Below, piece after piece: positions 44,112 to 56,582 of a stretch of 64,000 bases of DNA (position 1 is the first letter of the stretch; the number at the start of each line of letters is the position of its first letter). The position numbers were made by a program, and so were the translations under genes. The notes beneath the pieces are model-generated. The model was not told the DNA's origin and searched no databases. It saw nothing but the letters and a program-made list of their open reading frames with translations. Source of the DNA: Octopus vulgaris (lineage: Eukaryota); contig OX597822.1 of assembly GCA_951406725.2 (NCBI GenBank), positions 11,718,001 to 11,782,000 of the forward strand. The letters run 5' to 3'.

Positions 44112-45110
44112 GCAGTAATTAAATTGTCATCTAATTTACGCAAAAATGAAAATAACACCGATATCTCATTTTAACACATTACTAAAATTACATAAAAATA
44201 TCTTGAAATACTAAAGTGTAAATTTATTCTATAAAATCGCCATTTATTCTATATAATTGCTATTTACTCTATAAAATCGCCAGGGCCTCCAAATGACTTC
44301 GGAATCTCCTGCAACTCTTCTGGGCCGTCTCTTGCCATAATCCTTGCCTTCACCTCATCTTTGGTGTTAGAAGGAGTTTCGTCGGTCTCTCTCTCAACTG
44401 CGCCCCACACATAATAACCAAGGAGGTTGCAGTCAGAGGCATTTGATGTAGGCCTCCGTGTTGAGTCTGAGGCCAGGTTGGAAGATGAATACAGGCATAA
44501 CGTTGCCCTCACTAGTGATCCCTCTAAACACCATGATGTTGACTGGATGTTTGATTTTTATCACTTTGGGCACAAGTTTTGGGGACACGGCAAGCCAACG
44601 TTTGTTCTGTGTGTTCACCATCTTATCCTGGCTGAAACGTTTCTCGTCTGAGAAGAACCAAAGTATTTTAATTTGGAGGGGATGCTTGAGTTTGTTCAAA
44701 ATCTTCGTAGCGCGGTCTTTTCTCTTGTCCTCGATAGCTTGGTGATAAAAATTGGCCCTTTCTCATCTTGTAAGCGGAATACCAAATGTCTTCATGCACT
44801 ACTTGCTTGATAAGAAACTCAGACACTCCCATGTTCCTGGCTATGGACTTGATTGTATTGGAGGGATCATTGTCAAACATGGCCTGGATTTCATCAACAA
44901 ATTCAAGAAGAGTTCTTTTCTTATCAGAACGATCAGAGTGAGTTCTCCGAGCTGGCCTACCTTTGTAATCACCATTAAACTCATCGAACTCTTTCCGAAT
45001 TCTCTGCACTGTCCTCAAATTGACATACGAACATTCTGAAATGTTCCTATTGGAGCTTCCAGCGCTAATGCCAAGCAGTACATCATGTCGTCTCCAAATT
45101 TCTAGCAATG
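44107..45110 (-). mobile_element. Degenerate maT-like (DD37D-type) Tc1/mariner transposon, one end missing
   Basis: Three frameshifted ORFs: an HTH region, WFFSDEKRFSQD and DCNLLGYYVWGAVE; starts at TA-gggtgc next to (TA)n. Confidence 0.8.
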
Positions 45111-45664
45111 CGCATGCATCGTTTAATTTTTGATTTTGAATAACAATCCGCAACGGCATGGGACCTCCTCATGTCTGTCGACTTCGTGACATGTCCAGAA
45201 CGTTCGCTGTTCTGCGATCACATCTTCTACTCCTCCCCGTTCTCCCATTATCTCATTGCTAATATGTTCTCGTAAAGCTATTCATAACATCTTTAGCAAT
45301 TCTGGAGAACTCAAAGTGAAAGTTTTGTATTATAGCAAAAATACATTTTTATCTAATAAACTAGTGCCGTAACAGGCTCCGAATAATACTTCTTAGTTCC
45401 TATTCATCCATACTTTATAACGCAATAAAGCATACGTGTCTCATTTAGATATTATTCAAATCTTTAAATATTATTTGAGTGATATGTTACATTATGTCAG
45501 TGGCCGCTTCGATTCGGATTCTCATTATATTTGCTTCTAACCTCTAAATTCAATAAACTGAAATATTTGGTAATCCGGTGTATCACTTCCTAACTAACTG
45601 CTATTCGTCTGAGCCATCTTGTGAAAATTTCTTTGTATCTTATATTAATTTCATTTATATCTCT

Positions 45665-46040
45665 ATATGTGGTCTGATCAATAAGTATCCGGACTGCTGC
45701 TATAGCAACGAATCTAAAGCACGCACAATAAAGCTGCTTTAAAGGAAGGTGTGTTGCGTGTGATCGGCGCATTGACAACGACAGAGAATTTCTGCATCAA
45801 ATTTTGCCAAAAGATTGGCCATACCTGTACACCGGTTTACGCGAAGATTACAAAAGGTTTTCATCGTACTGAACACTATCAAGATCTTGTGCAAATGAAA
45901 CCCGAGTGTCTTTTGGATCACCTGAAAGCAGTTTTGGCACAAACTTGGCAGACGCGGGTCTGATATCCAACTTTTCAGTGATAATGGACTGAAGTGAAAC
46001 GTAACTAATCTGATGATTCGAGGATTTCCCCTCACAGCTG
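45665..46040. mobile_element. Rearranged mariner remnant
   Basis: TIR-like gtggtctgatcaataagtatccggactg and FCIKFCQKIGHT on +, then SAKFVPKLL on the minus strand. Confidence 0.6.
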
Positions 46041-46445
46041 CACACATATACATATGTAGATATGTGTGTGTGTATTTATATGTGTGTGTATGCAGCCAGT
46101 TGCTTTGTTACTTGAGAAGATGTAACACGCAACTGTCTCTCGTTCAGTTCTCGCATTTCAACTTTCTTTTGGCAAAGAACTTTGTCCCAAACTTTCGAGT
46201 TTTCATTCCCGTGGTTTATTCACAGTAATATTTTATCGATTTTACTCTATAATACAAGTCGTTTCCGATGCAAACGATCACCAGCCATTTAGTAGTTGGA
46301 ACGTACAGGGTAATCTGGTTTATGAGGCCACTCGTTAACCGAAATGCTTGTATGCTTAAAGTATTTTTTCCATCAGAAATTCAAGAAAAGGAATGGTGAA
46401 TTCAAACACCAAGCGAAAACTAGACAACAACATTACACAAGACAC

Positions 46446-46552
46446 CGTTCGTTAAGCGAGATGCCACTCGTTAAGCGAGACATCTTCGTTATACGAGACC
46501 CGTTCGTTACACGAGACCCGTTCCTTACACGAGACACTTCATCACCTGAGAC
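46446..46552 (+). repeat. ~18-bp minisatellite, about 6 degenerate units
   Basis: Repeated core ttcgtta(a/t/c)(g/a)cgaga. Confidence 0.75.
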
Positions 46553-46611
46553 GTTTTGTGTTCGAAAAGACAATGTTGCAGTCGGTATGTATATGTATGT
46601 AGTTTTTTATG

Positions 46612-46642
<31 letters not shown>

Positions 46643-47163
46643 GTATGTATGTATGTATGTATGTATGTATGTATGCATGTGTGTGTGTTTATGTGTGTTT
46701 GCATGTATGTATGTATATCATCATCCTCATCATGACTGTATACTCGAATTCCCGGGAGTCTGATACTCCACTCATCTTTCTCTACCATCACATGAAGAGT
46801 TCTTCTCTGTGGCACCTATTGTACCTTCTCCATTGCTATTTGCTTCACCAGGTAACCTACGAAATTTTGAACGTACGCACATACGCATACACACATATGT
46901 ACATATCCATAGATACGTGTGTACTTATATATACATACTCGAACATATGTATTTAAGTATATGTATATATGTAACATAGACACATACAAACATACCACAC
47001 ACGCACACATAAACACAGACATACACAAATACACAAGGTCATAAATAATTGCACCAATTATAATTAGGGTAAATTGTGTATATATTTCATTTATTCAAAT
47101 GAATGTGAACATAGATTTATTTGTGTATCCGCTGCGTATATATGATAACTGTAAGTATACATT

Positions 47164-47208
<45 letters not shown>

Positions 47209-47319
47209 ATATATATATATATATATGCATATATATGTGCGTGTCTATATATATATATGTATATATATACATAATATTTATGTGTATATACATACATAAA
47301 TATATACATATATGCATAC

Positions 47320-47394
<75 letters not shown>

Positions 47395-47861
47395 AATATA
47401 TATATTTATATTTATACATACCTCAAGTCATATATATATATATGTATATATATATACATACACGCACATATACATACATATGTGTAAAGGAAATCGCACG
47501 TGACAATTATTTTTCTTTGACAGTCGCATGAGGTTCGTGACGGGAACCGGAATTCGATAAACGGATGATAAATAAGTGAAACAGTTTCATTTGCTAAATA
47601 AATGCGGTAAAAAGTGAATTATAGAGAAGTATATAAACGGCAAGCAACAAACGAACTTCCAATTATTGTTCGACACCATTATTTCAGCAAGACGGAGTCG
47701 GTCGGTTGTGAAGAGCAGGAAATAATCATAACTGGGACGTTTTTTTTTTTTTATTCCTCAAAGGGAACGAACGGATCCTCAAGAGGAAAACACTCGAGTA
47801 ATTTAATTCTGAAATTCGTTTTGATTTTGTATCAACGTCAATTTAATTCAGACGTACTTTA

Positions 47862-48085
47862 CATTTACTCTTACTTGTTTCCGTAATTAGACTGCGGCCA
47901 TGCTGGAGCACCGCCTTTAATCGAGCAACTTGACCCCGGGACTTGTTCTTTTGTAAGCCCAGTACTTATTCTATCGGTCTCTTTTGCCGAACCGCTAAGT
48001 TACGTGGACATAAACACACCAGCATCGGTTGTCAAGCAATGCTAGGGGGACAAACACAGACACACAAACACACACACGCACATAT

Positions 48086-48149
<64 letters not shown>

Positions 48150-48310
48150 GATGGACTTCTTTCAGTTTCCGTCTACCAAATCCACTCACAAGGCTTTGGT
48201 CGGCCCGAGACTATAGTAGAAGACACTTGCCCAAGGTGCAAACGCAGTGGGACTGAATCCGGAACCATGTGGTTGGTAAACAAGCTACTTATCACACAGC
48301 TACTCCTGCT
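47862..48310 (-). mobile_element. SINE family A, near full-length
   Basis: Colinear with 34565-34948; internal (TA)n is expanded. Confidence 0.9.
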
Positions 48311-48326
48311 TAATTTCATTACGTAG

Positions 48327-48715
48327 ACTAGCTATTTTGACCCGTGCTTCGCTCGGGTTTTGGTGGTGGTGTTGTTTTGTGTGTGTTTTATCCTTTTCCC
48401 TTTCTTCTTATGTTCGTCTTCTTTGCCTGGTTTCTTTTATTGCCCTCTTCTTTATCCCCTTTTCAAAATCACCCAAATTTTTACACCCGCATATAAGATA
48501 ATTGCCCCTAGCCCCTGCAGCAACACGAAAAGCCACCATTATTCAAACAGTGCAAGGTGTCTATCCCATAAAACTCAATTCCCATATTCCTCACCATGGC
48601 ACCCAGACGGTAGCCCCGAGGGACTTGCAACCCTCCTCACACCATTGCCCATCCCATATTACCCCCCAGTGTAAATTTTGGCGCCAATCCGACCCCATCT
48701 ACCGCGCCTTAAACC

Positions 48716-48716
<1 letters not shown>
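48327..48716 (-). mobile_element. Non-autonomous Helitron, 3' portion
   Basis: The minus strand ends in hairpin cccgagcgaagcacggg followed ~10 nt later by CTAG|T; the 5' TC end is not visible. Confidence 0.65.
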
Positions 48717-48769
<53 letters not shown>

Positions 48770-48950
48770 TCGAAAAATACCTTAGGAATGAGAACCCAGG
48801 TTCGAAATTTCTCCAAGACACCTGATGAAGGCTGGAGGGTATACAGCCGAAACGTTGTGTTAACAAGAAACAAGATGAGGATAAATATCCGTCAAATGTA
48901 AATTATGTAAAAAATCTACATAATTCTTCATTTCTTAAATATAGAACTGT
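48717..48950 (+). mobile_element. HHR-containing short element, 5'-truncated in the (AAT)n tract
   Basis: Same body and tail as 28318-28600 and 54978-55315; ends aaatatagaactg-(TA)n. Confidence 0.8.
48818..48860 (+). ncRNA. Minimal hammerhead ribozyme
   Basis: acac-CTGATGA-a-ggctg(gagggtata)cagcc-GAAA-cgtt-gtgt. Confidence 0.75.
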
Positions 48951-49023
48951 ATATATATATAGAGAGAGACAGATATATATATATATATGTGGGTGTGTGT
49001 GTGTATGTGTGTGTGTGTGTATG

Positions 49024-49062
<39 letters not shown>

Positions 49063-49147
49063 AAGGGTGAAAAGGAACACACGAGTTGATATATATGAAA
49101 AACAAGTCAAAATAGAAAATGCTAAAATAATTTTATAAAAAACATTT

Positions 49148-49185
49148 CAGTACTGGTTTCGGTCATTTTGAGACCTTTTCAACTG
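49148..49185 (-). ncRNA. Minimal hammerhead ribozyme, U3-A8 variant
   Basis: Reverse complement: cag-TTGAAAA-ggtc(tcaaaat)gacc-GAAA-ccag-TA-ctg. Confidence 0.6.
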
Positions 49186-50190
49186 TAACGATTAAATAAT
49201 TAAATTTAGAAAAATTAGAAGAACAGTTTTTTTAAAGGAATATTTGTATAGTAGTGTTCAAATATAAGTGGCATTCTGCCTTTCTCTGACTCCCTTGTTT
49301 GCACTTGTGTGTTCGAGGTCGTTGTGAATTCTTGGTAGGGTAGAAGAAGGAGAAGGCTGTAGAGGAGAGGGGGTGGAAAAATTTGGGAGTGCCTTGATTG
49401 TTGTATTTTGAATGGTCAGTGACGGCTAGCAGTTGCAGTTCAATTCAGGATAATATTTCTATTGAGAGGTTTGTTTATGGAATTTGCGTAGGTGTTTTAC
49501 TAAAAAGCATTAGTGATAAAGTTAAGAGGTAGAAGGTGGAGCAGAAGAAGAAGAAGAAGAAGAAGAAGAAGAAGAAGAAGAAGAAGAAGAAGAAGATGAC
49601 GATGTTGATGATGATGATGATGATGAAGAAGAAGAAGAAGGAGAAGGAGAAGAAGATGATGATGATGATGGTGGTGATGATGATGACGACGATGATGATG
49701 ATGATAATGATGATGATGAAGAAGAAGAGGAAGAAGAAGAAAACAGAGAAGGGAGAATATGAATGGGTGAAAGTAGTGAGGTGTTGTATGACTTGAAGTT
49801 GGCATGTTATGGATTATAGCTGTGATTGGGGCTGATTAGTAATGGATTCTTTGGAATGTAATATTTGTGTGTGTATTTCTTTTATTCTAAAGTTGAGGTA
49901 TATTAATCGTTTGTCGTAGACCCGTTAAGAAGTGGCCTGTATTTTGTAATAAAGAGAGTTTCTTTACTTATTCGTTGTCTCGAGGTTGTATCGTCCCTAA
50001 ATTGGTAGAGGGGAAAATCCTGAAGCCTGGTGTTTTGTTGTTGGCGCATTCACAACGACCTGGAACACACAAGTGCAAACAAGGGAGTCAGAGAAAAGCA
50101 GAATGCCACTTATATTTGAACACTACTATACAAATATTCCTTTAAAAAAACTTTTCTTCTATTTTTCTAAATTTAATTATTTAATCGTTA

Positions 50191-50228
50191 CAGTTGAAAA
50201 GGTCTCAAAATGACCGAAACCGGTACTG
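50191..50228 (+). ncRNA. Minimal hammerhead ribozyme, U3-A8 variant
   Basis: cag-TTGAAAA-ggtc(tcaaaat)gacc-GAAA-ccgg-TA-ctg. Confidence 0.7.
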
Positions 50229-50276
50229 AAATGTTCTTTATAAAATTATTTCAGCATTTTCTATTTTGACTTGTTT

Positions 50277-50317
<41 letters not shown>

Positions 50318-50320
<3 letters not shown>

Positions 50321-51592
50321 GGTGAGGAAGCAAAATTTACAATATTTTGAGGCAGGGATTGAAATACAGTGTATGACCAATTATTTTATTGAAAGTCATG
50401 AGAATTTATTTGCCACAAGAAAATTTACATAATAGAAAATGTTTTTATTCTGTGTCCTCCTTCATACTCAATAACTTCCTGAAACTTGTACAAGTGTTCC
50501 TCAAATATTCGGGAGACAACTTCTCCCATTCTTCTGTAATAGTATCTTTAAGAGAGTCGACATTGCTGTGTGATGTTCTATTGGTAGCATGTTCTAAAAC
50601 GCCCCAAATAGCATAATCCAGAGGGTTTAGATCTTGGCTAGAAGGCGGCCATAAACATGATTCCCCAAAATCGCTAAAGTTGGATTTGCAGAAATCTTGT
50701 ATTTTTCTGGCTGTGTGGGCTTGAGCACCATCCTGTGTCCATACATAATTCCCATCTGGGTAGTTTGCTTTAAGCCATGGCAATACCTGGTATCTCAGAG
50801 TCTTGTAGTAAGTATTAACATTGATCTTTTCATCAGCTTTGTAGAATTTTATAGACATTTTCTTTCCATTGGAAGCCACAACACCAAAAGCCATAACTTG
50901 TGCAGAATGTTTTATTTTGAATGTCCCCTTAACCTCAGCTGTTGATTTTGCAATAAATCTGTCATTTCTGCTGTTCAGAACAGCATCGACTGTGAAGATC
51001 TTTTCATCTGAAAAGATCGTTAAAATGGAGGACTTTTTCTTGAACCATGTAATAATTTTCTTGTACCTCTCCAATCTCTTTTCCTTCATAGCTGTTGTCA
51101 ACAAATGTTTTGGTGTTCTTGAGTAAGATTTTAACCTCAAATCATATTTTACTGCATTTCTAATGGTCTTCTTGTCTACCTCAAGTTCAATTGCCATTTT
51201 TCTCATGGATTTGGTTGGATCCTTTAGGACTTTGGATTTGAGAGCTTTAATAAAAGCTTTGGTACGTTTTTTGTTGATTCCTCTACTTCAAGACTTCCCC
51301 GTAATAGTTTTGCTCCTAGTCATTCTATTCTTTACATTATAAACAGTCTTTATGGACACTCCAACTATCCTTGAAATCTCCTTTGGTGTGACGAGTGCAT
51401 TCAGCAAATCACACACTCTTTGATGTTTGCTTTCCTGATTACTCATATTGGCAAAAGTTTCTGAAAAGGTAAGGATAATAGTGTTAGGTATGAGTATGAC
51501 ATCAGTATATGCTAGGTTTCAAAACAATTGACTTAGTGCCTCCTGAGAAAAAGCAACTTAACGTTCATTGTAAATTTTGCTTCCTCACCCTG
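50318..51592 (-). mobile_element. Full-length maT (DD37D) transposon
   Basis: Perfect 26-bp TIRs cagggtgaggaagcaaaatttacaat, TA on both sides. Confidence 0.95.
50445..51446 (-). pseudogene. DD37D transposase with one in-frame premature stop
   Basis: ATG at 51446 (MSNQESKHQRVCDLL...), TGA near 51288, then FSDEK, QDGA and NPLDY; 37 residues lie between the last two Asp. Confidence 0.9.
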
Positions 51593-51605
51593 TATATATA
51601 CAGAG

Positions 51606-51646
<41 letters not shown>

Positions 51647-51799
51647 CAGAGAGACAGAGACAGAGACAGAGACAGATTTAGCTGTGTGTGTGTATTGAAA
51701 AATATATGGGTGATGAACAAAATTATGACAATACGGGATGTATAAATTATAACAAATAATCTTCTTTCACGCTTAGAAAGGAAGGAAGTGTGTAAATTG

Positions 51800-51835
51800 T
51801 CTTACTGTTTCGGATTCTTTTCCTTCATCAAGAGA
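51800..51835 (-). ncRNA. Hammerhead-like motif in a PLE-like fragment (~51690-52050)
   Basis: Reverse complement: tctc-TTGATGA-a-gga(aaagaa)tcc-GAAA-cag-TA-aga. Confidence 0.45.
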
Positions 51836-52192
51836 AACGTGATAAAGAGAAATATATTTAGAATGTGTAAGAAGGAAATTTTTTGAGAAAAAATTGATGG
51901 TTAAAACGGGAGAGGGATACGTACCAAGTAAGAATGCGAGATAGGAATTGAGGAAGTGGTAGGTATGTGTGCACATATAGCAGTTGCATTTGTATATGGT
52001 TACACAAATAGGAATATAGGCTGGCAGATTGTTCAATCAAAATCTATTTAAATAGTCACCAAGTAACTTCTATAACTCGTGCTGACCAAAGTCTTATGAA
52101 TGGATTCGGTAGATGGAAAATGAATGAAGCCCGTCGAATATACATTTATATTCAGCGGGCTTCGTCCAGATTACGTCTACGAAATCTAGTTT

Positions 52193-52259
<67 letters not shown>

Positions 52260-52273
52260 GGATGGATGGATGG

Positions 52274-52357
<84 letters not shown>

Positions 52358-52378
52358 GGATGGATGGATGGATGGATG

Positions 52379-52413
<35 letters not shown>

Positions 52414-52418
52414 GGATG

Positions 52419-52473
<55 letters not shown>

Positions 52474-52498
52474 GGATGGATGGATGGATGGATGGATG

Positions 52499-52557
<59 letters not shown>

Positions 52558-52579
52558 GGATGGATGGATGGATGGATAG

Positions 52580-52628
<49 letters not shown>
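52193..52628. repeat. Compound (GATA)n/(GATG)n/(GA)n microsatellite
   Basis: Directly visible array of about 430 bp. Confidence 0.95.
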
Positions 52629-52631
<3 letters not shown>

Positions 52632-52959
52632 TATAGATAGATTGACAAATAATTTTACATGTATGCCTGCAATTTATTGATGCAAAACCAATTATGCAAG
52701 AATATAGAATTAGGTATTCATAATTGACATGAGAATAAGTTTCAAATGATGAAAGGTTAAATAATTAAAGATGGACAAAGAAAAAGTCACAAGTCTTTAG
52801 AGAAGAAATAATAGCAAAGATAAGTTATAGATATGTTATTATATGCAACAGCACGATATTTGCATGCAGATGGCGCTTGTGTGTGCTCAGATCCACAGAA
52901 GTTAACAAGACAATTAATACAATTCAATGAGAATACAATAATGTTCCTCAGAGTTTTCA

Positions 52960-53372
52960 GGCGGCGAGCTGGCAGAGGTTTTAGTATGTTGGACAAAACG
53001 TTTAGCGGCATTATTTGCATTTTTTGTTCTGAGTTCAACTTCCACCGAGGTCGACTTTGCTCTTTGGAGTCGATAAAATACCCACTTTAGCAGCAGATGG
53101 TGAATCGAGTGTGCGAGGTAATCGATCTGCTCCATACCCGATATTACTGGCCTTGTGACAATCTTTGAAACCATATAAGACGTCGAGCTGGCTGAATCGT
53201 TAGCAGAATTACGTCTGACTTTACGTTTTAGGTTCAAATTCCACCGAGGTCGATTTTAGCTTTCATCTTTTCAGGGTCGATAAAATAAGTACCAGTTGAT
53301 CCCGGAAGTCGATTAAATCACCTCATCCCCTCCATCGAAATTACTAGACTCGTGTCAAAAACTGGAACTTAT
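52960..53372 (+). mobile_element. Two tandem diverged SINE family B copies
   Basis: Heads ggcggcgagctggcaga (52960) and gacgtcgagctggctga (53179), each with ttcaa.ttccaccgaggtcga and gtcgataaaata. Confidence 0.7.
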
Positions 53373-53991
53373 ATGAGAGTGTTACTTTTACATCGGTAGG
53401 TTTCCGTGCGCTGAATTAGGAGAGTCGGTAGAGCTTCGAAAAGAATTCCCAGCGTTAGTTGTTCTATCTTTGACTCTCTGAAGCTTGAATTCAAACCTGC
53501 AAATCTCAGCATTGACTGTCAAACTTTCTACGTCTATAAAACGTAGCATTTCGAGCGGTATATTCACGAAGGTGTAGAATTGTTGCACCGGATCTTTACT
53601 TTCTAGGTTCAAGTACTGAAATAGCATTTTTGTGCAGGAAACTTAGTCTGAAACCTGGTTTAATCCTTCTGCTCGCCTATCAATTTGAATGTCTTTAATG
53701 GACAGCATTCTTCTGCAAGCTATCGGGCCAGCCTTCCGTTCTGAAGATAGCTTCTCTCATCCGGATAGGACTCTTAGAGGGTTATAAGCGCTGCTTTCCT
53801 ATGTGTCTAAAAGTAAAATGTGTACATCATTAGACTACCAGGATCTTTATTTCCATATCCACTGAGACACACACAGACTCACACATACACACACACACGA
53901 AAACATCAGGTTTCATGGAGTTTCTATCCATCAAATCCTCTTAGAAGACTTTGCTCGGCCGAAGCAATAAGGTTAGGAAGCACATGTGTAA

Positions 53992-54072
<81 letters not shown>

Positions 54073-54074
<2 letters not shown>

Positions 54075-54340
54075 GGCGCGTGGCTTAGTGGTAACAACAT
54101 TCGGCTAACGATCGTAAGGTCGTGAGTTCAAATCCTGGCGACACGTTGTGTTCTTGAGCAAGACATTTTATTTCACGTTGCTCCAGTCCATTCAGCTGGC
54201 AAAAATTAGTTGTACCTGTATTTCAAAGGGCTGACCTTGTCACGCTGAATCTCCCTGCGAACTACCTTAAGGGAACGCGTGTCTGTCGTGTGGTCACGAG
54301 CAAGCTGTGACACTCGTCGTCGTAACCGACGGAGTGCTCC
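54073..54340 (+). mobile_element. tRNA-derived SINE with family C-type tail
   Basis: ggcgcgtggcttagtgg...gagttcaaatcc head; tail gtcacgctgaatctccc...ctcgtcgtcgtaaccgacgga shared with 5335-5460. Confidence 0.7.
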
Positions 54341-54376
<36 letters not shown>

Positions 54377-54864
54377 GGGGGGGGTGTTTGTGTACATCGT
54401 TAATGTTTGTTTTTACGTTCATTAATAATAAAAATAATAGTACGTTAATCTGATGGATTATTTGTACACTGCAAATTTACTATTTTTCTATTTTTGAACA
54501 AGCATATGAACAGTGACTTCGAACATTCAGTCAGTTAAACCATTGTGGGTCTGCTATGCATTGAATCTAATCTTGTATTTACATAGTCTCTGTAGAGTGA
54601 AAATCGTACTTGGGTATGCGATGTTACTGGATTGGTAATTAGGTTGAAGGGTCGATTGTTATGGAGTTGTGTCTTGGTGCAATTTTTACTGATACAATTT
54701 GGGGTTACTTTATTTAAATACATTCATGTACGCAAGCATGAGTGAATATTTAGGTGTGTGTCCATTTCAATATATATATATATAGACAAACAGATAGAAT
54801 AATACATAGATTAATAGATAGAAAGACAGACGGATAGATTGAGAGATAGACAAGTAGAGATATA

Positions 54865-55097
54865 CAGCTCTATATTTAAGAGATGAGGAATTATGTACAT
54901 TATTTACATTTGACGGATATTTGTCCTCATCTTGTTTGTTAGTGTGTATGTGTTTATGTATATGTGTTAGTGTGTATGCCCACGGGCATATGGCGTAGTG
55001 GTTAAGAGCGCGGGCTACTAACACCAAGAATCCGAGTTCGATTCCAATCATTGACCTGGACAATAAAAACAACAACAACAACAACAACAACAACATC

Positions 55098-55138
<41 letters not shown>

Positions 55139-55315
55139 TGATGATGATAATAATAATAATAGTATTGAAAAATACCTTAGGAAATAAGAACCCAGGTTCG
55201 AAATTTCCCCAAGACACCTGAAGAAGGCTGGAGGGTATGTCAGCCGACACATTGTGTTAACAACAAACAAGATGAAGATAAATATCCATCACATGTAAAT
55301 AATGTAAATGATGTA
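54865..55315 (+). mobile_element. tRNA-headed HHR element with upstream inverted tail copy
   Basis: Inverted tail 54865-54940; A box tggcgtagtgg 54991-55001; B box gagttcgattcc 55034-55045; (AAC)/(AAT)n; mutated HHR 55214-55257 (GAAA>GACA); tail. Confidence 0.8.
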
Positions 55316-56326
55316 AATAATGTTTTTTTATGAAAGACGGGCTGTTTTCAGTTTCCGTCTACTAAATTCACTCACATGGCATTGGTCGGCTGTAGTAGAA
55401 GACACTTGCTAGTGCCGTGTGCTGAGACTGGAGGCAAAATGACGAACTTATAAATAACACAAGAGAGCTTGCATATCCCTTTAACCGTAGAAAAACATGG
55501 CAAATAAAATGTCTGTACAATCATACAATCATACAATCAGTAGATTAGTGGGGGTGAGAGTTTATACTAAAAAATAAAATAAAAAAGAAGACATGTTAGT
55601 TTTTATTTCACTTATGTGATATAATGAAGTAGTATCTTGTTGTGTCTATAGGGGGTCATTGCACCAATAATAATAAACACACGCACTGGTTCAACATCAG
55701 TTCTTTGCTGTTCGTTAAAAAATATTCCATCTTCACATGGCGTAGTTGATGATCTGAGGGTTTTGCTTTGACAGAGCAATATTTCTTAGGAAAGGAATGG
55801 CCCCAATTATATAGGAGAGCAGCTGAATTTACAAGCAGGACGAGAGAACTTGTAAATAAATATTAGTTGGCACATGTACAAGTTTTTCTGAAATTTATGT
55901 AGAACTACCTACATATATATAAATACAAACATATTTAAGCTATTCACTCTGAAATAAGTAATCAAAAGTTGCATACGAAAACTAAATAAATGACAAATTT
56001 TTAATAAAAATATTTTTTTCAGTAAACGTGGATTATTCTGAATAAAGAAGCACAAAGCCAAAACTGTATATTTTTTAATGTATTTCAATCGAAAAACACG
56101 CAAAGCAAATATATAAATACATGTATAGATACATGTAATCGTATGAATACATATATGTTACAACGTAATGAGAAAATTTGCAAAACACATGTTCTACGAG
56201 AGAACACAATCAAATGTAATAATTTTAACAAAACAAGGTGAATTGAAAACTTTACTGAATATATAAAATATTAAACACACGTGTATACATTCAAACACCT
56301 ATACGTACACTAAAATATGTATATGC

Positions 56327-56381
<55 letters not shown>

Positions 56382-56405
56382 CATTATTATATATGTATAT
56401 GTATG

Positions 56406-56449
<44 letters not shown>

Positions 56450-56487
56450 TAGATATATATAGATATATATATATGTATATGCATGTG

Positions 56488-56519
<32 letters not shown>

Positions 56520-56533
56520 AGCATTATTATATA

Positions 56534-56582
<49 letters not shown>

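Larger units (their letters stand above)
49090..50285 (-). mobile_element. 5'-truncated Penelope-like element with inverted terminal repeat
   Basis: 49090-49329 is the reverse complement of 50048-50285; minus strand 50047-49920 encodes LYQFRDDTTSRQRISKETLFITKYRPLLN, homologous to the GIY-YIG C-terminus at 12170-12260. Confidence 0.88.

Noticed and set aside
47522-47565. Hammerhead-like outline (ggttc/gaacc stem, cgcatga...ggaa); similar outlines near 4040, 14745 and 36290
   Set aside because: The core strands deviate from consensus; cannot be distinguished from chance.
54984-55056. Possible tRNA gene (ACT anticodon-like loop)
   Set aside because: A and B boxes are present but there is no acceptor-stem pairing, and it recurs as the head of a repeat; treated as a SINE-like head.
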